Origin: Tubiluchus corallicola
Lineage: Eukaryota > Animalia > Priapulida
Direction: 5' to 3'
Assembly: GCA_030141605.1 (NCBI GenBank)
Contig: JAQGDQ010000373.1
Coordinates: 124,001 to 188,000 of the forward strand
Length of the DNA: 64,000 nt
The notes under the pieces were generated by a model. The model saw nothing but the letters and a program-made list of their open reading frames with translations, made no database searches and was not told where the DNA came from. The translations under genes and the position numbers were made by a program. Positions 1-10,600 of the stretch are shown here, in pieces; the stretch's first letter is position 1, and the number at the start of each line of letters is the position of its first letter.

Positions 1-57
1 GCCTAAGGTAGCAACGCCACACTGGTGTTTAGTTAGAAATGCCATGGCGACAATGCA

Positions 58-75
58 TTAGTACCTTTCAGAAGC
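58..75 (-). CDS. Candidate tiny exon after a 75-nt intron: either terminal ASERY* or an 11-nt microexon (65-75)
   Basis: Acceptor ctgtctgctctttgcctag|GCT; internal possible donor AAAG|gtacta; in-frame TAA at 58-60. Confidence 0.4.
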   Translation of the reverse strand, partial: ASERY

Positions 76-150
76 CTAGGCAAAGAGCAGACAGAACAGC
101 TAAGTGCATGCGAAAATAAAACCAAAGATAAAGAGCTCTGAAAAACGTAC

Positions 151-1929
151 CAAAGCAGTAACTGCAGGCGTGTAGAATGACGATAGCGACTGCTTTATGT
201 CAGCTGACGAAGCCTTGCATGAACTAGATGTCGTATTTGAAATATTGTTCGCTATTTTGTCGACCAGTTGCGGCCGATAGTAAAAAAACGCCCTGGTGTT
301 CGATAACGGCAGGTACGGTTCGACTTCGGTTTCGTCTTCGCTCTCGCTACTCTGGATCGGTGGCAGGGCAGAAGTGGCAAGGCTGGAGAAGGGTCGGGGT
401 GGACTATCTGGAGGTTCTTTAAGCGATGGAGACAGCCGATCTTGAGCAGCTTCTGGCCTTCTCCGCCAGTGGATTTGACGGAAGCGATCTTTGGGCAGCG
501 GACTAATTTCGGAAGATAAGGAAGCTATTTTCCTCAATTGTTTACCGTTCTCTTGTTTAATACTGTCACCGAAAGCACCCTCGCTACATTGGTACGTGTC
601 ATTCAATACCGCAGAGTCGCTGACATGGCGTCTCCTCTTTTTTCTTACAAACGTTGTGTCGTCTTCGCTGGTGATCGGCGGAGATTCCGTGTTCCATCCA
701 TCGGTAGCAGAAGGAACGGGCGAAAAGAGTTCTAGTAATTTATCTCTCGCCTTGTGGACGTCGCTATCGGTGAACATACCCAAACGTTTGCGACGAAATT
801 CCGAAAGATTGCGCGCAATTTTGGCAGCTTCAGCGCCGTGCCAAGTTGCGTGTGTGTTTCGTGGAACACCGAGAACCGACATCTGGTCTTCGTTCGAATC
901 GTGTTGCACATTAATGTAACTTTGCGAATGAGTTATAAAATCGGGCGAAGTCGCACGCGCACTTCTCACCGGGGTGCTACGGCCGGACTGTCCAAATATC
1001 TTGCCAAGCTTGGCTTCGAGCGCCCTTACCATCGAAACTTGTTTTCTCTCACCAGGCGACACAAGAAACTGTTCATCAGTTCTGAAATCCGTCACATTAG
1101 GACACTCTGACTGGGAGAGAGAACGTTGTCGTGTCAACGGAGATCGTCGGGGCGACTGCACAGGTGTTACAGGTACTGCGTCAGAAGTCGGAGAAAGCTG
1201 TGACGAGAAGTTAACAGGCGAAGTGCAGTAGGCGGGGGAAAGAGGTTCGGGGGGTGACGTAATTTCCTCGAGTGGGCGTGCTAAAGCTTGCACGGGGGCA
1301 ACATCCGTGCTTGTAGCCGCTGCCGTCACGTTGCCAGAACTGACGCTCCGAGGACGCAAGATGTGCATCAGTTCTTCGTTCAGATGTGCCGTTGTGCTCG
1401 GCAGACCATATGGCGCGTTCGCAAGCCTGGCTCGCTGTTCAAGCTGCTGCAGCGACATGTCGGAAGATACTGCCGCCAGGGCGGAATGCGAACGCAGCCT
1501 GCCCGAATCCGGCATCATTTGAGACTGTAGAGTCAACGGAGTCGGAGCCGTCTGGACCGGTGGAAGACGGGAACCCGATGGATAGGGATGTCCAGAATGG
1601 GCCATATGATATGGCACAGCAGGCGATTGAAAAAGACCAGGCACCATTTGTACAAAAGGCATAGGAAAGCCACCCCAGTAGTAGCAAGGGTAACTCAAAT
1701 AACGCATAGACTGCGGATCCCAAAAATATTGCTCTTGCATTGGCGGGTACGGAGCACCAACGGCCGGAGCCGGTTGAGGGAGCATGCTCACATTCGCGTG
1801 CGGTTCGCTCGTGGGCGGACCGGTATCTAGTTCATGCAAGTTTGGTGTTGCAACGTTGCTGCATTCCAGGGCTTTCCCGGTGCTGCCACCAAGGGACCGT
1901 TCCGTGCAGCTCTCTGGTTGCTTTTCGGG
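151..1929 (-). CDS. WNK: WNK exon 18, very large (1779 nt, 593 codons; S/P/R-rich)
   Basis: Strong polypyrimidine acceptor ttctatctctcacag|CCC in frame with ORF 100..1839; donor TTG|gtacgt. Read-through would stop at 100. Confidence 0.82.
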
Positions 1930-4648
1930 CTGTGAGAGATAGAAAGAAAGAAGCGCGTGAGAAAAAAGAAAAACAGAAGTCAGATAGTTTTAAGATGTTG
2001 ATTGAACCCTGCAACTGCGAACATAACGGAAAGACAAACAAACGCAGAGACGAGTTCCGACAAGTTACCATAGTAACGTGCACGACAGACGGAATGAACA
2101 GATGACAACATTCACACGTGTTTTGAAATTGCGTGTAATTTTTTCGCTAATCTATAATCAATAATCAATCAATGGCAGAAAGTTTTACATTACATTTATA
2201 CTATGCTTCACCTAGCTAAAAACAATACATCGTAAGCTCACTTATATTAACTGCTAAAACGTAGCTCAGACATACACTAAATAGGCAAATCCTCCTAATT
2301 CATCCTGAAAAGGAAAAGGTCGTACTAAGCAGTGGGAAAATACTCGTGTCACATAAATCTCCCACTGGCTACGGTCTCCACTGTGTTAAGCTTATCGATT
2401 TTTCTGGACAGTTTTGTATGAAGGTTCGGTTCAAGAGTTTTTGGTACACTCATATCCCGGTTTGCCGGACAAAATTGGAGAGACATCGGTCCAAATTTGT
2501 CTAAAACCTGTACTAACTGATACCAAGCTACTATAGTAAGCACCGTGTATTAGACTCGTGCAGAATCAATCGCCTAATTGTCTCAAAAACGCCTAAGTAC
2601 GGGCCGCTCCTATGCAAAAGTATATAAAAACTATTGGCAATTGAATTAAATAACTCCGCATAACTATCTCTATATTTTTGTATATAGAGATATACACATG
2701 GTTACACTGATGTAATGATATAAACAAAGTGACGGCCCGCCAACTAGTGATCAGCTTGCGAAACAAGGGAGTGTGTCCGTAGTATGCGGTACTTTCAATG
2801 GACCATATTTTGTCCAAATTTTTCCATATCCATAAAACTGAGGCCCGGCAAACCGAGATATGAATGTATATCATCGGAAGTTTTGCTGTTACAGAGGACC
2901 CCATGCAAACAGAGGTTCGAAAGAGAAGCAAAGGAGACGACATACTTCTAGTTTCTTGGCAGCTTCTAGTAAGTCGGACGGTTTGAGAGACTCCGCAAGA
3001 TCCGAAGCACTTTCAGTCGTCACGTGGTCCACACAGGTCTGGACACGAAAGCGCCCCCTCTGAGTAACTACGGGAACAGAGAAAGCACCGTGTATGCCTA
3101 AAACAAGAACAAGAAGAAACTGTGTTATTGTTTTAAACATATATTTCATATTTTATTGGGAAATTACAATTATAATACACAAACTATTTACAAAGATATA
3201 AATACTTACATATACAGTAAGTCCTTGCTTAACGACTCCCCGTTTAACGTCGTTTTGTTTTAACGACGCCGATCATTTGACATGTTTTTTCACTTAACGA
3301 TGCGCGTTTCGCTGTGACGACGATTTCCATTACTTTGCTCGAGGCAAATTTTTATTTGATTAAGAAAGTTTTTACCTAATTTGATGCATTAAAACAGCAT
3401 CAATTGCGTTATTCTCTTTTAAAAACGCATTAGTAATGTAAACAGTGTAATTATTATACATGTTTTTGCTTCCTGACTGATTACCGACATCACTACTGTA
3501 CTACGAACAGTTTGTGTGCCAAGTCACCAAATAAGTAATTTGCCTGCAACCGGTTGCCGTAGCAACCAGACTAAGTATGCAGATAAAATTCTCAAGGTCA
3601 CCAAATAAGTAATTTGCCTGCAACCGGTTGCCGTAGCAACCAGACAAAGTATGCAGATAAAATTCTCAAGGTCACCAAATAAGTAATTTGCCTGCAACCG
3701 GTTGCCGCAGCAACCAGACTAAGTATGCAGATAAAATTCTCAAGGTCACCCCAGGGCTTACTCTGCAGTGTTTATTGATCAAGCACTATAGTTAGGTATT
3801 GGTAAGTAAAATATATAGGTGGTTTCAGGCAAACAGCAAGACATTAATCAGTAGAAATATGAATAAAACTCATAGAATCTTTAACTTATATATTTAAAGC
3901 AGTATTGATTTTTGCTTCTGGGACGTGTCTCAGTTCTTTCACATTACTTTCTATGGAAGTCTCGGCTTCGTTTAACGACGTTTCGCTTTTTGTTGGAACG
4001 CACTAGCGTCGTTAAGCGAGGACTTACTGTACAGCACAATAAAAACATATACTACGTTAATAAGAGTACAATTATAGAAGTCAAAAGTCAGTTATATATA
4101 TATATATATACATATAATCAGGGTGCATAAGATTATGGATATGTATAAAATAAATAAAATAGCTTATTTTATGGATTTTTGAAATTTTATTTTATGGACA
4201 TCAATAAAATAAGAAATAGACTCTATCTGGAAAGAGATGCCCAGGGGGAAATCAATTAAAAAGTAAAAACAGGAGTGCTTGAAACGTGTTTTTAAACACG
4301 CAGCACTTAGTTTTAATTTTATCGGTTTCGTTTTAATTTTTATCTGTTTCATATCACTTCAAATTTAGTCAAATTTTACGAGACAATGCCTTGTAATTCA
4401 TCACTTCAGTTCAAATAATTCATCTATTTGGTACGAATGCAGAATGCCCTCTAGGCTGAAGTTTCCGATCCAATGCCTGTATTCAGTTTTGATTGCCTTA
4501 TTTTGTATAAAAAATCAAAAAAAATATTTTTTTATTTTATGCATTTCTTATTTTATGGATTTTTCAAATTTTATTTTATGGATTTTTGGTCTTATTTTAT
4601 GGATATCCATAATCTTATGCAGCCTGCATATAATATATACATGTATAC

Positions 4649-4699
<51 letters not shown>

Positions 4700-7600
4700 G
4701 AGAGAGAGTTTTTTTTTAATTTACAATAATTACATCCTGGAACTGAAACATTTTAAAAGAAAATTACAAACTATTTGGAGAATTTCAGAGTTGTTTGAGC
4801 CAAATGACCTGCAATATAAACAGCAAATTATGGCTCATATTACAAATATTTATGTCAAAATGTGGCCCTGACATAGTGGCATAATTTGTCTCTTACACTA
4901 AACAAACACGAACATAAGCATATAATGGTTATGAAGTAATCGGTGCTTTAAAAATCATGAAAATGCCAGCCATTTGTAAGAGACAAAAACTGCTACAAGA
5001 CGTATGCGTATGGCACCCATCCATCTCTCCTGTGGATTTATGGTTGTTTATATGTGAAAAGAAATACAGTGTTACTTGAGGCGCATTAGTAGCACAATTA
5101 TCTAGTACCTACATGGTTAGATTTTGCCTTAAAATTTCATCCCTCGAAAAAATGGAGACGTGAAAATAAAACAAGCGATTGACAATATAATACCTTGTAT
5201 AGCAGACGAATCAGGAACAACATCCACCGGAGCCACTGCCACCGTCACTGTCGTCGTCGTACTAGAATCGTCCGACATGGTTTCCTAAAAGAAAGATTTA
5301 CATTAATCAACGAAATGCCTCTGACGGTTAACGAAGTCAACAGTTGAAACCTTCTATTAAAGAAACTTACGATAAAATGCGGAGAAAAGATAACAAAGTA
5401 ATTCTACTTCCGCTTAACGGCAAATTTAATGGCTCCTTTACGTGAAGACGTTGCCGTGAATGGTGTGAATCTAGCTTAAGATTACTGCAGCTTAAGCTCC
5501 GCAAGGAAAACTTCAAACTGCAACAGATGTGCCGGGGACAATGTTACGATGCCGCAAATCTGGGTTACAAATATCATACTATAAGGGTTCCCACAGAATT
5601 TTAAAATAAATTTGCCTGACTTTTCCCTGACCAAATACTGATTTTCCACGACCAAAATAAGCAGAAATTGTATTACCATATTCATACATTTTTGTGTATT
5701 TATACACATATTGATATGTAATGTGTCGGCACAGTTGCACTAGTTCTAACGAAATTACACTAACCACATTAAACAAACTTTCTTAATCCAATTATTATTT
5801 TTGGAACAGAAATCGAAACTGGGAGCCTGTCATAGGAAAATTTTATTTGAACACGAATCGCTGAAAACTATGTTTGGAAAAATATCGGTTCACGGTGATT
5901 ATTTTTGCAACTCTTTAAAATTTCCCTGACTCTTGGCTCCATTTTCATCATCATCCCTGACTTTTTACCAAATTAACTTTTTCCCTCACTTTAAGGATAG
6001 CCTGTATTTTCAAGGATTATCCCTGACCATGGGAACCTTGTACCATGCAACGAGTCGCATTTGCAGCAAATAAATTGTACATTATTGGAAAAGATGCAGT
6101 CGTGTCTATATGCCTATCACACAAATTAACGCATGATCGGAAAGTATTGAAACGTGATGAATTTTCCATGATGACTTCAACATAAATAATACATTCGCAT
6201 CTCAGTTTGACAGACAAAAGCGGGGAGACGTCGGTCCGTATGTGCCAAATGTCCGTATTTTCCGATACTAAGCTAATGCAGTAGGCGCGTATGCCGTGTA
6301 TTACCTAGTTTGTAGAATTAATCGCCTAATTGTTTCAGAAACATCTAGTACGGGCCACTCCTATGCAAAAGTATACAAAAATTGTTGGCAATTGTCTCAA
6401 ATAACTCTATAGTAATTGATTCTATGTTTTTATAAATAGAGATATACACGTGGTTATGCTGATGTAATGATGTAAACAAAGTGACAGCCCACCAACTAGT
6501 GGTCAGTTCGCAAAACAATGGACTGTGTCCTTAGTATGCGGGATTTTTAAAGGATCAGATTTTGTGCGAATTTTCTCATATCCGTAAAAGCAACGTCCGG
6601 CAAACTGAGATACGAGTGCAGTTACATTTTCTTTCACACACCTTTTTGATGATAACTACACTCACTGCAAGAAAGCAAAATGAAATGAGCTTTACCGCAA
6701 ACTCAAGCTATATCAAACATGCCACGTTTCAGCAGAATTTTGAACGAAAATGAAACAAGCTTACCTGAAACGTTTGCATCATCGTCGGAGCAGCGGAAGC
6801 CGCAGCAGAGATCTCGTCCTTGATCGTCGTCACCTTGAACCTTGACTGGATCACCGGCTTCTGAAGGTTCGGCGTCGGAGGCGTATCTGCCACCCAACAG
6901 GGAGAAAGATCCTTCCGGGTGATTGCGGGAGGATGCAATGGTACGGACGCGGGCGAGGTCAGACCCGGAGGCGTTCCAGGCGTATCCATGGCGACAGTGG
7001 CTGCGGGAGCAGAAAGACTAGGTGTTGAATGTACTCGGGGTTGATATCCCAACAACATTCCTGATGAGCTAGAAAGACTGGCGCTTGACGAATCGGTCCC
7101 GACCTCTGCTGGTCGATCGGGCGAGCGAATCACAGGACTCTTCCCGATGGTGAAGGACACCGGTTTGTCGGGTTCGGAGAGCTCAGATGAGCTTACCAGT
7201 GATGGTCGAGACTGAGCCGACTGAACGTCCAAAGCAGTAGGAGGTTCGGCGAAGACGAATGACGCCGGCAACGACACTGAAGGCATTATCGGAACATCGG
7301 CTAATACTGAAGGTGTGCCGCCATTCAACGTGGCCGCGCTGACATGGTTGCCTAGCAATGTCGGCGGCTGGGATGTGGCCGCTCCGGCGAAGGCGTTCAG
7401 CGCTAGGTCGCTAGCGCTGCGCTCCATGGTGGGAGCCACGTCTTTCTTTGACCCGACGACTTGACGAAGGGCTTGAGCCAACTGTTTCAGAGACGGATCG
7501 GCGTTTGCGGCACCAGGAGTGATGGGCGTGGCAAAACCCTGGGTCAAAATAGGTAGCGACATTTGATGGCCAAATGCACCAGTCGGAAACGGCAGATTCG

Positions 7601-10600
7601 GCAACGAAGTGACGGGAAGTTGTACAGCGTCGGCCTGAGGAACTGCTGGCTGTGGAACCGTCGATGCAGTCGAAGGCACCTGCAATGAGTCGGCATTTTA
7701 AAAAACTGCTTGTTTTGTGCTGTATGCAAAACCAAATTAGTTTGGAGAAACTAAAACTGACACACATATTTGATGAAAAAAGCCGACAGTCTAAACAAGG
7801 CTTAAGAGATATTCCCTTGAAAAAGTACCATCTCGAGCCAATGCCAACCTTAAGTGTATACCTGCGATCATAACCATGTACGAAGCTTAACGTTCATGCT
7901 TGCGAAATGAAATTATGTTACAGGATTACTGATTTCCTGTTTTCTTTCTTCTGAACTATCTGCTGCTTCTTGTTTTGCACAAACTATCGCCACTTGTATA
8001 TTGACTTAGTAACTGCTTGTACCAAGCGGCACCTTATGAATGTCACCCAGTTAAAACAGCTTACTGATTCAGTGAATTATTTTGCTGTAAAAAAAGGTAA
8101 TGAAAAAGTTGACACAGAGGCAGTAACTTTCGGGCAGTCACTCTGTCTCTGGTGAAGCAAGCTTTAAACTGCTTCAAAGTTTGGCTAATTGGAAAAGGTT
8201 ATCTCTGATAGTTCATATCTCTCATCACAAGTGTCATGTGACAGAACAGAAAAGCGATTTATCTTAAAATAAACAGACCCGAACTCTAAACCTGCAGTTC
8301 AGTGTATTTTTACAAACACAGTGTACTAGAAAGCAATCGTGGAAGAGAACCATTAAAAAGACACCAATAACAGTACATAAAATCATACTTTCTTATACTT
8401 CAAAATTTGCAATTGTGAAAGCATAGCTTCAATTTGGTACAAATATATATCCTGCTTATACTGATATACTATTTATTTACTTATTTATATAATATTATTT
8501 ATTTCAAACAATAATAATGAAAAATTAAATGACATCGAGTCACTTTTACATTGATGAAATCAGAGTACAAAGTGTTAAGTAATCCTTACAAATACTGACT
8601 ATGCAAAGTTCATTGCAACTGTAAAATCTCGCACAGGTAGGTGGCAAAACTTCCATACAGGTATTAAATCTCCCATCAATAATTTTCTTTAACCCTTTCA
8701 TTACGGAATGTGGCACACTGCCGCCTATGTTTTTCATGCAAGGGACGGAAGGCGGTAGGACCGCCGCCGGAGCGCAGCACTAAGCGCAGTCACTCGGGCC
8801 TCTTTATTTCACTGCTACGGCCATGCAGAAACATTGCAGAAAAGTTTAACAGCCTTGGGATTGGGGTTGCTTTGCAACAAGTAATGCTAACCAGCCAACC
8901 AGCATCTGAAGCCAGGTGCATCCCACAATACTCTACTGTATAGTATGTTCCCAGGCAAAATCACTTGTAGATTGTTGATGAAACGTATGTTTAGTTGATT
9001 GTTCAGCATTCTTAAGAAATGACTGCATATTATGGATTAGTTTTGTGTCTTTTGTGAAAACTGGTTTCTAAATATAAGTACATGGGTATTTATGATTGTG
9101 TGCACGTGTGTGCGTGCGTGAGTGCATGTATGTGTGCTCGCACGTGTGTGCATGTGCAGAAATAAAACCAGTATTTAATATTAGTACTCAATCATAAACA
9201 GTTAATTGTTTATTTAGAAGATTCTGTTTTAGTAACACACCACAAGAAGTTATTGTCAAATGTGCAAAAGTCAATGTGGACCAGTTAAAAAGCAACAACG
9301 CAGTGAAAGGGTTAAGAGAAAAGCAAAAATCTTCTGTTTGACTGGCTATTTTGACTATAAAGGACACATCATGCAATTAGAGGAAACTTTTACACAGTTA
9401 TTAGAGATATAGAGTAAAACCTTGTTACAACACGAGGTCTGAGACATCACTAAATATGGCGCTATAGTGGGGTTGGCGGTAAGGCGAGGTTCATTAATAA
9501 CCAACAACGGAGTGAAAGGGTTAATCAATGACTACTCAAAGACGATACTCTACAGGTAAAAATGTCACGCCCACCTGTTGCTTCTGGCTTCGCAGTTGAG
9601 GATTCAGCACCTGCTGTATCTGCTGCAGCTGTTGCTGATGGTGCAGCTGCTGCTGTTGCTGCAGTTGTTGCTGTTGTTGCAGCTTGGTCTGGCTGTTCTG
9701 CTGCTGCAACATTTGGTACTGCAACAACTGTTGCATGTAGAAGTGTTGCTGCCACTGTGCTTGTTGGTTTGGATCAGCAAACTGTAGAGGCATCTGCAGG
9801 GACAATTGTATTTTAGTTATTTATGATTATTTACTCATTTTTTATTATTTTTTAATTATTTTTAATATTTATTAGTATTCTGTATTGCTAAAATGTTACA
9901 CACAATGTGCAAGTAATCATGTATTTTTTATCTTAAATCTTAATGTCTTTGCATTGTGTATTATATTGTGTGCATTTTGCAATTTTTCCAATTCATTTGT
10001 ATTTTGTTTTAATTTAGTTTTAAGTGTATGACACTATTGCATTTATCCGTTTTTCTAAACTTGTTGCATACAAGTTTTACCGTAAATATGATTATAAAAT
10101 TATTTATAAATTGCAATTACGATTATAAATTACAATTGTGATTATAAAATACAGTAGACATAAAACTAAAATCATAATTACATTAAAAGTTGTACGTAAC
10201 GGAGTTTTAAAAAACGGATAAATGCAATAGTGTCGTACACTTAAAACTAAATTAAAACTATACACAGATGAATTGGAAAAATTGCAAAATGCACACAATA
10301 TAATACACGATGCAAGAACATTAAGAATTAAATTAAAAATACATGATTACAAGTGGTATAACAAGAGGTATTACAAGTGGTGATTACAAGACGGTGATAA
10401 TGAATACAAAGATGATAAACTTCGTTAAAACATGAGAAATGTCAACAGAGTTTAGTACTACCGCTAGACAGGTAACATTACCTGTGTAGGTAGGAAGCCT
10501 TGCGGCATTTGTCCTGGAGGAAAGAACGACGGCATGACCGGAAAGCTGCCGGCGGGAACGGTTGCCGAAGCAGTGGGCACCGGAATTTTCGGGGGCGCTT

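Noticed and set aside
228-2105. Multiple plus-strand ORFs suggesting an antisense gene
   Set aside because: Shadow ORFs of the GC-rich WNK exon; no recognisable protein or consistent splice pattern
5442-5470. 29-nt AG/GT-bounded segment as a microexon
   Set aside because: Frame-shifting length and weak splice sites
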